DNA from: the human T2T-CHM13v2.0 reference genome, Homo sapiens
Assembly: GCF_009914755.1 (NCBI RefSeq)
Contig: NC_060925.1
Reading direction: 5' to 3' (one strand)
DNA length: 64,000 nt
In this document: positions 41,856-59,399 of the stretch, in pieces
Numbering within the stretch: the stretch's first letter is position 1
Layout: the number at the start of each line of letters is the position of its first letter
Notes under the pieces: generated by a model
Databases searched by the model: none
Told to the model about the DNA's origin: nothing
Seen by the model: the letters and a program-made list of their open reading frames with translations, nothing else
Program-made: the position numbers and the translations under genes

Positions 41856-43527
41856 AGAAAGTTCAAGCACATTTTATTTTCAAGTAGAACTTCCCTAAAA
41901 AGTAATTAAGCTAAACCCTAAGTTCCAAATGTTGAAAATTACCTATGTCCTAAGAGCATTTTTACAATTCAAGAGTTTTATGTCCAATATCTATGATCAG
42001 AGCTTGACAATTGCTAAAGAAACTGCTTCTAAATCCTGCCAACATCTGCTTCATTCCTATTTTCCATTCAGCTTTAGTAAACCCTATCTTTGGAATGAAT
42101 GATACGAGGTTTACATGCTTCTTTTTGTCATTGTTTTAAAACACAAAACTTCATGTTGGTGGTATGGTGTAGGGAAGTTTTTTAAAAAAGATGTCTTCAC
42201 ACTTGGCCCATAATAAGGATGATATTTTAAATCATGATCTAGCACACACATATGTGTGTGCAGAGACACTGCTAACTTATGTGATAATTTCTGAATATTC
42301 AATGAAGTTGTTCCCTCTGGATGGGCAAATTAGAAAAAAGATGCCATTTCTTGCAGACATAGGCCCTCTGGACCATGACACTGCACATGGGAAGATGGCT
42401 GTATTTGTTTCCCATGACCCATAGCTGGGTGCCTCTGTGGAGTACCCAAACTGCATAACCATATTGAAACTATGTATGTGTATACATTTCTCTAACAAAT
42501 GTTTCACTCAAAAAATAATCATCCTTACTTTGTGGAATGCCTTTAACAGTTTCTGGCTTTTTTATTTTAGTATTTCTTTTTAATTTTTACAGGTACATAG
42601 TAGGTATATATATTTATGTGGTACAGGAGATGCTTTGATACAAACATGCAATGTGAAATAAGCACATTATGGAGAAAGGGGTATTCATCCCTTTGAGCAT
42701 TTATCCTTTGAGTTAAAACAATTCAATTGCACTCCTCAAGTTATTTTAAAATGTACAATTAAGTTATTATTGACTATAGCCACACTATTGTGCCATCAAA
42801 TAGTAGGTCTTATTCATTCTTTCTGTTTTTTTTGTACCCATTAACCATACCCACCTCCCCGCTATACCCCCACTACCCTTCCCAGCCTCTATCTGCTACT
42901 ACTATCATTCTACTCTCTATGTCCATGAGTTCAATTGTTTTGATTTTTAGATCCCACAAATAAGTGAGAACATGTGATGTTTGTCTTTCTTTGCCTGGTA
43001 TATTTTACTTAAAATAATGACCTCCATGATGTTGCAAATGACTGGAGCTCATCTTTTTTATGGCAGAATGGTACTCCATTGAGTATATGTACCATATTTT
43101 CTTTATCCATTCACCTGTTGATGGACACTGAGGTTGCTTCCAAATCTTAGCTATTGTAAACACTGCTACAACAAACGCAGGAGTGTGGATATCTCTTTGA
43201 AATCTGATTTCCTTTCTTTGGGATATATACACAGCAGTGGGATTGCTGGATCATATGGTAACTCTATTCTTAATTTTCTGAGGAACCTCCAAACTGTTCT
43301 CCATGGTGTTTGTATTAATTTACATTCCTACCAACAGCATAAGAGGGTTCTCTTTTCTGTATATCCTCACTAGCTTTTATTATTGCTTGTCTTTTAAACA
43401 TAAGCCATTTTAACTAGAGCAATATGATTATTTCATTGTAGTTTTAATTTGCATTTCTGATGATCAATGGTGTTGAGCAGCTTTTCACATGCCTATTTGC
43501 CATTTGTGTGCCTTCTTTTAAGAAATG

Positions 43528-43808
43528 AGGCTCACACCTGTAATCCTAGCACTTTGGGAGGCCAAGGCAGGCAGATCACCTGAGGTCAGGCATTCGAGAA
43601 CAGCCTGGCCAACATGGCCAAAACCCATCTCTACTAAAAATACAAAAATTAGCTGGTTGTAGTGTTGCATGCCTGTAATCTCAGCTACTCAGGAGGCTAA
43701 GGCAGGATCATCGCTTGAACCCAGGAGGCAGAGGTTGCAGTGAGCTGAGGTTGCACCACTGCACTCCAGCCTGGGTGACAGAGCGAGACTCTGTCTAAAA
43801 AAAGGAAG
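43528..43808 (+). mobile_element. AluSx-like, slightly 5'-truncated, inside L1
   Basis: gatcacctgaggtcagg; TSD agaaatg (43521-43527, 43809-43815). Confidence 0.93.
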
Positions 43809-46800
43809 AGAAATGTCTGTGCAGATCTTTTGCCCATTTTTTATTAGATTGTGAGATTTTTCCCTTTAGAGATATTTGAACTCCGTATATATTCTGGTTA
43901 TTAATCCCTTGTCAGAGAAGTAGTTTGCAAATATTTTCTCCCATTCTGTGAGTAGTCTCTTCATTTTGTTGATTGTTTCCTTTGCTGTGCAGAAACTTTT
44001 TTAACTTGATGTGATCTCATTTGTTTATTTTTGCTTTGGTTACCTGTGCTTGTGGTGTACTGCTCAAGAAATCTTTGCACAGACCAATGACCTGGATAGT
44101 TTCCTTGATGTTTTATAGCATTATTTTCATAGTTTGAGGTCTTAAATGTAAATGTTTAATCAATTTTGATTTGATTTTTGTATATGGTGAGAGGGATCTA
44201 GTTTTATTCGTCTGCATATGAATATCTAGTTTTCCCAGTCCCATTTATTGAAGAGACTGTCTTTTCCCCAATGTATGTTCTTGGCATCTTTGTCAAAAAT
44301 GAGTTCACTATAGGTGTGTGGATTTGTTTCTGGGTTCTGAATTCTGTTCTATTGGTCTGTGTGTCTATTTTTATGCCAGTACCATGCTGTTTTGGTCACT
44401 ATAGCTCTGTAGTAGAATTTGAAGTCAGGTAATGTGATTTCTCCAGTTTTCTTTGGAAGGGAAGAGGGGGGGTGTTGTTTTTTAGTTAGTTTGTTTGTTG
44501 TTCTTGTTTTTCTGCTCAGGATAGCTTTGGCTATTCCAGATCTTTTGTGGCTCCATATACATTTTAGGATTTTTTGTTGTTGTTTGTTTTTCTTGTTTTT
44601 TTACTCAGGATATCTTTGGCTATTCTGGATCTTTTGTGGTTCCACATACATTTTAGGATTTTTTTTTCTATTTCTGTAAAGAATGTCATTGGTATTTTGA
44701 TAGGGGTTGCATTAAATCTATAGCTTTCTTAGGTAGCATAGACATTTTAACAATATTAATTTTTTCAACCCATGAACATGGAATGTTTCTGGGTTGAAAG
44801 AATAACAATTATACCAATGACATTTCTTGATGTCCTCCAATTATTTTCATCAAGGTTTTGTGGTTTTCACTACAGAGATCTTTTGTTTTTTTAGTTAGGT
44901 GAATTCCTAGGTATTAAATTTTATATGTGGCTATTATTAACGGGTAAATGGGATTCCTTATTTTTTTATTTCTTTTTCACATTGTTCTCTGTTGGCATAT
45001 AGAAATGCTACTGACTGTTGTATGCTGATTTTGTATCCTGCAATTTTACTGAATTTGTTTATCAGTTCTAATAGATTTATTTCTTGTGGAGTCTAAGTTT
45101 TTTCCAAATATAAAATCATATCATATGTAAACAAGGAAAATTTGACTTTTTCTTTTCCAATTTCAGTGCCCTTTATATCTTTCTCTTCTCTGATTGCTCT
45201 AGCTAGGACTTCCAGTACTATGCTGAATAACAGAGGTGACAGTGTGTATCCTTGTCATGTTTCAGATATTAGAGGAAAGGCTTTACGTTTTTCTGCATTC
45301 AGTATGATACGAAATATGGGTATGTCATAGATGGCTTTTATTATGTTGAGGTATGGTCCCTCTATCCCCAGTATTTGTTAGGGTTTTTATCATGAAGGAT
45401 AACATTTATCTGATGCTTTAAAATTTATCTGATGCCTTTTCAGCATTAATTGAAATGATCATATGCTTTTTTTCCATTCTGTTGATATAATGTATCACAT
45501 TGACTGATTTGCATATGTTGAACCATCCTTGCATCCCAGGGATAAATCCCACTTGGTCATGATGAATTATCTTTCTAAAGTATTGTTGAACTCAGTTTGC
45601 TAATATTTTGTTAAGAATTTTTTGCATCAATATTCGTCAGAGATATTGGCCTATAGTTTTTTTGTTTGTTTTTAATGTGTCTTTGTCTGGTTTTTGTATT
45701 CAGGGTAATACTGGCCTTATAGAAAAGTTTGAAAGTATTATCTCCTCCTCTGTTTTTTGAAATAGTTTGAGTAGAACTGGTATTTGTTCTTCTTTAAATA
45801 TTTGGTAGAATTCAACAGTGAAGCCATCAGGTCTCCAGGCTTTTCTTTCCTGGGAGACATTTTGCTATGGCTTTGATCTCATTAATTGTTATTGGTCTCT
45901 TCAGGTTTTAGATTTCCTCACAGATAACTCTTGGTAGGCTGTATGTTGGTAGAAATGTTTCAATTTCTTCTAGATTTTCCAATTTATTGGCATATAGCTG
46001 CTCATAGTACTAATGATTATTTGAATCTCAGCAGTGTCAGTTGTAATGTTTCCTTTTTCATTTCTGATTTTATTTATTTGGATATTCTCTCTTTTTTCTT
46101 AGTCTGGCTAAAGGTTTGTCAATTTTGTTTAAGTTTTCAAAAAAGTAACTTTTTGTTTCATTGATCTTGTATAATTTTTTTGTTTCAATTTCATTGATTT
46201 CTGCTCTGAACCTCACATTTATTTTCTTCTACCAATTTTGGGTTTGGTTTGCTCTTGCTTCTTTAGTTTTTTTTAAGATGCATCAGTAGATTTTTCAATT
46301 ATAGCTATAGTTTATAGCTGTAAGTGCCTATATCAAAAAAGAGGAAAGATAATATTTTCCTCTTAGTACTGTTTGTGCTGTATCCCTTAGGTTTCAGTAT
46401 GTTGCATTTCCATTATCACTTATTTCAAGAAATTTTTCAATATTCTTCTTAATTTCTCACTGACCCACTGATCATTCAGGAGCATATTGCTTAATTTTCA
46501 TATATTTTTACAGTTTCCAAAATTCCTCTTGTTATTAATTTCTAGTTTTATTCTATTGTGGTCAGAGAAGATGCTTGATATTATTTCAACTTTTTTGAAT
46601 GTTTTACAACTTGTTTTGTGACCTAATATATGGTCTATCCTTGAGAATAATCCATGTGCTGAGGCAAAGAATGTGCGTTCTGCAGCTCTTGGATGAAATG
46701 TTCTGTAAATATTTCTTAGATCCATTTGATGTATAGTGCAGATTAAGTCTGATGTTTCTTTGTTGATTTTCTGTCTGGAAGAGATCTTCCATGTCTAATG

Positions 46801-48956
46801 CTGAAAGTGGGATATTCAAGTCTCCATCTACTATTGTATTGGGGCCTCTCTCTTTACCTCTAATAATATTTGCTTTATCTATCTGGGTGCTCCAGTGTTG
46901 GATGCACAAATATTTCAAATTGTATGTCATCTTGCTAAATTGACACCTTTATTATTACCTAGTGGCCTTCTTTGTCTCTTCTTATAGTGCTTGTTTTGAA
47001 ATCTGTTTTGTCTGATATAAGTATAGTGACTCCTGCTTCTTTTTGGTTTCCACTGGCATGAAATTTCTTTATTTTCTTCACTTCTTTATTTTCAGTCTGT
47101 GTGTGTCTTTAAGGTGAAGTGTGTTCTTGTAGGCAACAGATCAATTGCTCTTGTTTTTTCATCCATTCAGTTAGTCTGTGTTTTTTGATTGGACAGTTTA
47201 GTCCATTTACATTTAATGTTATTATTGATAAGTAAGAATGTACTCCTGCCATTTTGTTGTTTTCATGTCTTCTATTCCTTCTTATTTTTCTTCTCGTCTT
47301 CCCCTAATGAAGGTGATTTTTCTCTGGTGATGTGATTTAGTTTTTTGCTTTTAATTTTTTGTGTATCCGTTGTATGTTTTTTGGTTTGAGGTTACCATAA
47401 GACTTGCAAATATCATCTTATAAGCCATCTTTTCAACCTGATAACAACTTAACACTATTTGCATAAACAAACAAGCAAAAATAAAACTAATAAAACTCTA
47501 TGCCTTAAGTCTTTCCTCCCACTTTTTAACTTTATGTTGTTTCTATTTGTACCTTATTGAACTGACTATGTCTTGAAAACTTGTGGTTATCATTCTTGAC
47601 TGGTTCATTGTCTAGTCTCTCTACTTAGGATAAGTGTAATTTATACACCACAGTGACAGTGTTATAGTATTCTGTGTTTTTCTGTGTAATTAGTATTACC
47701 AGTGACTTTTTTTTTACCTTCGAGTGATTAATTATTGATTATTAATGTCTTTCTGACTGAAGTACTTTCTTTAACATTGCTTGTTAAGACAGGTCTGGTG
47801 TTGGCAAAATCTCTCAGCTTTTGTTTGTCTAGAAAGGTCTTTATTTCTCCTTCATGCTTAAAGGATATTTTCACTAGATATAGTATTCTGGGGTAAAAGG
47901 TTTTTTTCCTTCAACACTTCAAATTTTTCATGCCACTCTCCTGGCCTATGGAGTTTCCACTGAAAAGTCTTCTGCCAGACTTATTAGAGATCCACTGTAT
48001 GCTATTTGTTTCTTTTCTCTTATTGCTTTTAGAATCCTTTCTTTATCCTTGACCTTTGGGAGTTTGATTATTAAATGCCTTGAGGTAGTCTTCCTTGGGT
48101 TCAGTCTGCTTGGTGTTCTATAACCTTCTTGTACTTGGATATCGATATCTTTCTCTAGGTTTGGAATGTTCTCTGTTATTATTCCTTTGAATAAACTTTC
48201 TACCCCCATCTCTTTTTCTACCTCCTCTTTAAAGCCAGTAACTCTTAGATTTACCCCTTTGAGGCTATTTTCTAGATCCTGTAGGTATGCTTCTTTTTTT
48301 TAAGTTTCTTTTATCTCCTCTGACTGTATATTTTCAAATAGCTTGTTTTCAAGTTTATTAAATCTTTTTTCAGCTTGATTAATTCTGGTTCTAAAGGACT
48401 CTGATGCATTATTCAGTATGCCAATTGCGTTTTTCAACTCCAGAATTTCTGCTTGATTCTTTTTAATTATTTAAATCTCTTTGTTAAATTTATCTGATAG
48501 GATTCTGAATTCCTTCTCTGTTATCTCAAATTTCTTTGAGTTTCCTCAATACAACTATTTTGAATTCTTTTTCTGAAAGTTCACATATCTCTTTCTCCAG
48601 GTTGGTCCCTAGTGCCTTATTTAGTTCATTTGGTGAGGTCATGTTTTCCTGGATGGTGTTGAAGCTAGTTGATGTTCTTTGGTATCTGAGGATTGAAGAG
48701 TTAAGTATTTTTTGCAGTCTTCATTGTCTGGGCTTATTTGTAGCCATCCTTCTTGGGAAGGCTTTCCATATATTTGAAAGGTCTTGGCTGCTGTGATCTA
48801 AGCTGTATCTGCTGTAGGGGACACCCCAAGCTCGATAATGTTTTGGTTTTATGGTTCTTGTAAATTCATAAAGGTACTGCCTTTATGACCTTGGACAAGA
48901 TCCGAAGAATTATTTGGATTACTAGACAGAGACTCTTGTTCTTACCAAACATACAG

Positions 48957-48958
<2 letters not shown>

Positions 48959-48989
<31 letters not shown>
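48959..48989. repeat. (CT)n microsatellite in L1 5'UTR
   Basis: Seen directly. Confidence 0.9.
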
Positions 48990-48992
<3 letters not shown>

Positions 48993-49519
48993 CTGAGCCA
49001 CTTAAAGCTAGGGGTGAACTGACACAGGCATCCCTGTGGCCACCACCACTATTACTGCATTGAGTAAGACCTGAAGCCAGCATAGCACTGGGTCTCACCC
49101 AAGGCCTGCTGTGACCATTTCTTAGCTACTGCTACATTCAGCAGTGGGACTGTACAATCAGCAGGTGGCAAAGCCAACCAGACCTGTGTCCTTCTCTTCA
49201 GGTCCCCCAGGTCCTGGATGGGTCCAGCAGTGCCATTCAGGAGTTAGGGACTAGAGTCAAAAACCTTTGAAGTCTACCTGGTATTCTACTGAACTGCACT
49301 CAAACAAGATGCACTCCTTCCCACTCTTCCCTCCCCTTTTCAAAGGCAGAGCAGACTCACCCCCTAGCCACTGCCACCCCAGGCCACAAGGAGAACTGTC
49401 AGACTACTGCAGATGTTTTCTTTGTGGCAAGGTTTGTGGGCACTCAATTTCAGACATCTGGGATCAGCAATTCCCCTCTGGCTAAGGCTAGTTTAAATGC
49501 TGCCTTTACTTTCTGTTCT

Positions 49520-49812
<293 letters not shown>

Positions 49813-50284
49813 TTACTTTCTGTTCTAACAGGACAACACTGAGTTGAGTGCCTCACAGTTGCTGTGTTCTCCCTCAACCAGCACCCAGAGATACTCTCCA
49901 TACCAGGCTGCCACTGCCTGGGGTGGGAAAGTTGTGGCATCCACAATTCAGGACTGTTTTTTTCTATCTCTTCAGTCCCTTTTTCAGCAATATGAAGTTA
50001 AAACCAGGTACTATGAGTTCTCACCTAATTTTTGGTTTTTAGGAAGGTGTTTTTTTCTGTGTAAATAATTGTTAACTTGATGTCCTTGCTGGGGTAACAA
50101 TCGAGGGTGCTTTTTATTCTGCCATGTTGCTCCATCTCCCTTCTCTGCCATTTTAAATATGAGGTGGAACCCCTGAACTTATTTTGCAACTCACTGCAGA
50201 GTCACTATTTGAAATTTGGGAAACATTGTAACAGGGATAAAGAAAAGAGGGCTCTACAACCAGAAAACATTGAAAAGACTCCAA

Positions 50285-50482
50285 TTCTATAGTTTATTAG
50301 CTGTGCCCTTGGGCAAGTTTCTTAGCCTTCCTTGGCCTCAGTTCCCCTCTCCATAAAAAAATGGACATATAAGAGTATGGCCTTTATAAGGCTGATGAGA
50401 AAGTAAATGAGTTAATATATTTAAGACACTTAGAAGGAGGTCTGTCACATAGCAGCTATGTTAGCTACTTTCCTAATAATAA
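50285..50482 (+). mobile_element. MIR
   Basis: ttagctgtgcccttgggcaagtttcttagccttccttggcctcagttcccc. Confidence 0.8.
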
Positions 50483-50969
50483 TTGACAATTATATGTTCA
50501 TTGAACTCCCTCTTCAAAACCAATTCTTTCTGTAATACTGCATTGCTGAGTGGTACGAAGGAAAGTAGAGCATGGGGATGTGGGAATGGAATAGCAGCAG
50601 TAGCCACCCAATGTTCCCAAAAGTTTGGAAGAAACTACACTGTCACAGGAAAACTTTGCTGTAAAATATCCTGTTTCTCCTCAAAAGGAAACTTACCAAA
50701 ACTTATGAGATTTGCCTCATGAACTCATATGACTTTGTATATGACAGTGTGCTATAAACTGTAGAGTGCTATGCAAATATTTACAATGACTATTCAACAA
50801 GCATTTATGAAACAATTGCTTGGGTAAAGCATTGTGCACTCTGCTGGGGATGAAGAGGCTGTATTCTTGAGAAACTAGACTTGTAAATAATTATAACACT
50901 AAAATGGCTGAAATTTAAAGGCATAAATGAGGCCCTATAGACACTAGAGATAGGCCCTATGTCTATTAT

Positions 50970-53900
50970 ATATAATAGATATTAGCCCTATTTCCATAAT
51001 AAATGTTGCAAGTGTGTTCTCCTAGTTTGTAATTTGCCTTCTGACATTACTTATAGTGTTGTCTGCCATGCAAAAGATGTTCAGTTTTTATAGTCAAATT
51101 TATTAATCTTTTCTTGAGTTGCACCTGAACTCTAAGTCCTAATTAGAATGCCCTCTCTATGCTCAAGTCATAAAGAAATTCAACCTTGTTAACTTTTAGC
51201 ATATTTATAGTTTCATTTAAGTTAAAGTTTCTAATCCTTTAAGAGCTGATTTCTGTGTATATATAGTGTGATAAATAGTTGTTTATTTCTTTATCATGTC
51301 TTTCAAATGACTATTAAATTGTCCCAAAACATTTATGAAGAAGTTTCAACTTTGCCCTAGTGATTTGGAATGCTGCCTTTATCACTTGAGTCTATTTATG
51401 AACTCTCTCTCTATTCTATTTTATTAATTATTTATTGAGGTACCAGTAGTACTATACTGTTTAAATTAGGACTTTGTATAATGTTTTAATATCTGATCAT
51501 TCCTCCTTTCCAGGTTTTCCCCAGATATCCCTGTGTATTTATTTTTCATATAAACTTTAATTCAGTTTTCTAGCATCATAAAAACTTGTGGTGTTTCATA
51601 TTGAGATCACCTTAGACTTATAAATTAACTTAAAGAGAACTGACCTCCTGATAATGCTGAGATAGTCTGTCGAAGAATAAGGGATATTTCTCCATTTGTG
51701 TATATAGGAGTGTTTTAAATTTTCTTAATAAAGGTTTTGAACATTTTTTGTTAAGTGCATATTTAAGCATTTCAACTTTGCTTGTTGATGCTACTATAAA
51801 TGAGGTTTTTTTCCTTCCAATATATTTTCTTATTAGCTATTGATTTTACATGTAAATTTATATCTTTATATTTTGCTCAGTTCTTTTTTTTTGTTATTTG
51901 TTTGGATTAGCTTTGCCACTGATTCTCAAGGTCTAGTTTTGTGTTTCCTCTACCCCCACTCCCCAGTAATGTCAAGTCATCTGCAAATAGAGGCAGCCCT
52001 CTTTCTTTTGCAGTTCTTATGCCTCTAGTGTTCTCTCTTTTCCACTTGCATTGGCTAATCCCCTCAATATACTCTTAAATAATAATAAGGTTAGTGGACA
52101 TCCTTGCCTTTTTCCTGGCCTAAGTGGGAATGCTTCTAATTTTTCCCATATGTACAATGTTGGCTTTGGGATTTAAAAGGTATCTATCCATTTCTATGTT
52201 CACAGTGTTTTTATAATAAATATATTGAATTATTCTAAGGCTTTTTCAGCATCTACAGAAGATAATTTTGATTTTTTGTTTACTTTAGCTGTATTAAGAT
52301 GATATGTTATAGAGTACGTTTCCTTATGATGAACCATGTTTGCATTTTTTATTTAAATTTCACTTAGCTATAGTATATTATTTTTTACAATTTGGTGTTG
52401 GAGTTTGCTGGCTAATACATTATTTAAATTTTTTCATCAATTTCATAAGTTGTATAATTCTGGAATTTTATTTATTTAGCTATATTTATCCAGTTTAAGT
52501 ATATAAATGTTACAGTTGCTTCATAAATGAATATAAGAGTTTCTTGTTTAATTTTCTACGCTTTGAAATAATTTATTTAACACTGGAGTAATCTGGTCTC
52601 TAAAGGCTTGACAGAATTTCCCCTGAAATAACCTGAGCCTGGTGATTTTGTTTATGTCTTGTTTTGTTTTCTTTTTGGTGGCCTAACTCTTGATAATGTT
52701 TTCAATTTCTTCTGTGGCAAAAGGAGTTTTAAGTTTTCTGATTCTAATATAGTCAATTTTGTTTGATATATTTTCCTAGGAAATTATCTATGCTATTTTG
52801 GTATTCAAATTTATTTGTATACAATTGTATAAAACTAACTGATAATGTTTTTTACCAATTTCCTTTGTACCAATAGTTATTTCTCTTTTATCATTTCTTG
52901 TTGTCTCTATTTGTGTATTCTCCCTTGTATCTTGACTACATGGACTAGTGGTTTGTCTATTTTGTCCATTTTTTCAAAGAAACAAGATTTTGATTTATTG
53001 ATTTGTTCTTCCGTTGTCCTGTTTTCTACTTCACCAGTTTGTTTCATTACTTTTTTGGTACTTTCTCTTAATTTACTATGTTGTTCTAGACTTTCTAGAT
53101 TCATGAGTTGGAAATTTAATTTTTTATTTGTATTGTTTTATTTGCATTTATATAGGTGCTTAAGTCTGTGAATTTTCCTCTAATCACAGCTTTAAATTTA
53201 TAAATTCTGTTTTGTAATATTTTCATCATTATTTTAACAATATTTTGTAATTTGTAATTTGTATTTTCCTTTTAATCTAGTTTTTAATTAACTTTAACTT
53301 ACCATATAAAGCTCTTCTTCTTAAACTTAATATTTTTGATTTCTTTTCTTGCTATATTGTGATTAGACATTGTCATTTGCAATATTTTTATTTTATGAAA
53401 ATTAATGATTTTCATGATCAATTTTTGTCACTGTTTTATGTACAACTGAGAAGGTGTATGATATGTTCCCTGTTTTTACAGTGTTTTACACACACACACA
53501 CACACAAACACATACACATACACACATCCTCAATGTTAGTCTAGATTGATTATATCATTTGTATCTTCAGTATCCTTAGGGATTTTTTATTTTATCCATT
53601 TGACCTGTCATAGACTGACAGTGGTGTTCAAGTCCCCTTTTATTAATATGTTTCCATTGATTTCTCCTTAAGTAGTGTGGAGTTTCTGCTTTAGGTCATT
53701 GGCATTTTATTGGTGCAGAAATATTCATAAGTATAATATCTTCACTGAAAATCATTATTTTTAGCATTTAGAATGTTCTACTTTATTTCAATTTGTGCTT
53801 TTTGACCTGTAGTCTGTTTTGTCTGATAACAGTGTCATGAAATCTGCTTTCATTTTTCCCCATTTGTCTGACATATCTTTGCACATCCCTTTAATTTTTG

Positions 53901-55025
53901 TCATTATCAATCACTTTATTTCAGGGCTGCCTCTATACAATATAAATTTGGTTTTTCTCTACTTGTCAGTTTTTAAACCTTTTTCTTTTTATTATGACAG
54001 TAAAGTCCATTTAGTTTTATTAATGATGTTAATACATTTGTTCTCAAATCTTGCCATTATTTTATATTTTAATTACTGTGTATATTATACTACATTTACT
54101 ATGTTTCTAAGTGGTATGTTTTCTCTGCTGTCTTTCTATCTCTCTCTTTTTTGGGTATTGAAGGTTTATGTTTTAATTCTAGTGTTTATAATTATATCTG
54201 TACATTTTCTAGTGGCTCTAGTCCACCTCCTTTTTTTTTCTTATTCAGTATTTTACTAACTGTTTTTTCATATATAGTATTCTTTGACTCCTGTCCATCA
54301 ACTTTATAATAAGTTATTTTATTCTATTTTATCCTTTATTTCCCTTCTACTCATATTTTTAGTTATATTTCTATTTTGTCATAACATGTAATATTTATAT
54401 ATTATGATTTTAAACCTGTCTTCACCTTTGTTTTAATTTTGAATCCATAGTTACAGATGACAAATGCTCATCATTTCACATTCTTGCTTTCATCCCTTGG
54501 TAAATGAATCTCATCCTTTAGTATCTTGGTTGTATGAAGTGTTCCTGAATATAGTATTCTCTGAGTTGTTCTATGCTTAAAATTGTTTATCCATATCATT
54601 GAGTTCTAAAGAATAAATTAGCTGCATATAAAATTGTGGTTCATATTTTCTTTCCTTGAGATTCTTGAAAATGTTTACCACAGTTGCCTTATATTAAGTG
54701 CTGCTCTTGTTTCAAGATTCTGGTGCTAATCAAATTGTCTTTTTTCATCTAATGGTTTACTAAAATATGTCCTAGAGTTGACTATTCTGTGTCAATTTTC
54801 TCTGATACTTAATGGGCTCTTGTTAATATGTGCATTGTGATTTTTGCCTTATTTCAATATTTTCCTGAATTATAATAAATATTTGTTTTCTTTTATTGTA
54901 TTATTTTTCCTCTGCCAAATCCAAGTGAGAATATATCTGCTTTTTCTGTTTTGTTTTTATTTGTTTGAGTTTGATCAACTCTCATTGCACCTCACCCTGT
55001 TTTTGTTAATATTTCTTAGTTTTTG
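50970..55025 (-). mobile_element. Ancient L1ME-type ORF2/ORF1 remnant
   Basis: Minus ORF EQINKSKSCFFEKMDKIDKPL (ORF2 Z region); long T-rich diverged L1 antisense sequence. Confidence 0.75.
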
Positions 55026-55094
55026 AAGTTCTGAATCTAGACACATTAGTTTTCCACTACTGCATAACAAATTACCTTAATCCTATTCTCCTAA

Positions 55095-58159
<3,065 letters not shown>

Positions 58160-58553
58160 TATGATGGCTTTTTGATGTGTTATCTTGTTGAGGCTATAGT
58201 TGCTGATTAGTCAATCAATCTACTTACTCCTGTAAAGAGATTTTGGAGAAGTGATGAAAATTCCTAATTGGTGGACTTTGAGATTCTCCCAAGTGAAGCT
58301 GACTTAATCATTTGGAAGCCCTTAAAAGTAGAGAACGAACCATGAGATTGAGGCTTTTCCAAGAGATAAGAAATCCTCACTGTTAGACAAAAATTTTAGC
58401 CTGTGTCCCTGAAAGTCTAATCTGCTTCTGCTCTTCATTTCCTGATGGACCGTTCTATAGGCTTGAGTCTCGCTTAGCCAGCCACTGCAATTGCTTAAGC
58501 CAATTCCTTGTTTTATATGTACATATTCTGCTTCTCTGGTTTAACTCTGGTAC
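58160..58553 (+). mobile_element. MLT2 (D/E/F-like) 3' LTR
   Basis: Starts tatgatggc after the PPT; gccactgcaattgcttaagccaattcctt...ctgcttctctgg...taca. Confidence 0.75.
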
Positions 58554-58926
58554 AGTAGGCATGTTTTCTTATTTCTTACAACGGTTGCTTGAGGATATAC
58601 ACAAACTGGATGTTATTCCAAATTGGATATATCCAATATATCCAGTTAGGATAATATCTCAAAGTTCTCTTCTGTTACATGGTTGGTTTTTAGGGGAAGT
58701 TTCATCAGTTGAAATATTTTTATTCTCTCTTTTTTTTTTTTCCTTATAGCAGTTCTCTGTGGTTAGTCTGATTGTTCCTATTCCTAAGCACTTGTATGCT
58801 GAGGTTCCTAGTTCATGAGCAGCTTCCCTGTCAATACAGTGAAATGTAATTTCTTTAATTGCTGGCTTCTTGTTGTTGTTGGAGAGACAGTGTGTTAGCA
58901 TATCTAATAAATCATGTTTCTATAAA

Positions 58927-59050
58927 TAGGGTTGCCAGGTAAAACACAAATATTTCATCAAAGTATATTAATACTAAAACTTACTGTTTATCAAAAATTC
59001 AAATTTAACTGGATGCTTTGCATTTTTATTTGCTAAATTTGACAACTCTA
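58927..59050. mobile_element. MER53 MITE, internally deleted
   Basis: TIRs tagggttgccag / tgacaactcta; tgtttatcaaaaattcaaatttaactgg. Confidence 0.8.
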
Positions 59051-59399
59051 CCATGAACATTCTTGGACCTTGATCCTAATGCACATGTGATATAGTTTCT
59101 TGTAGGCTTTCTCAACTGGAATTCCTCATATGCACCACAGAACACAGAAAATGATGGAAATTGTTATTTTTCCAATTTCCCCAATGATGGTACATAACTA
59201 GTATCATTCTAAATGCATAGAAAAATTAATTGGTTATGTTTGCTGGTGCCTTAAGGAATGTGGGCTTAATTCTTAGGAGAATCTTCATGTTAAAACATTG
59301 TTGCAGAATGAAATTTCCAAGACATAGACTATGAGGATGTTCATTAGAATGGAACCTACATGAAGGCATATTTTTTTTCCTATTTTTTTAATTTATATT

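Noticed and set aside
53819-54259. 146-aa hydrophobic ORF resembling a membrane protein
   Set aside because: T-rich antisense old L1 encodes F/L/I by composition
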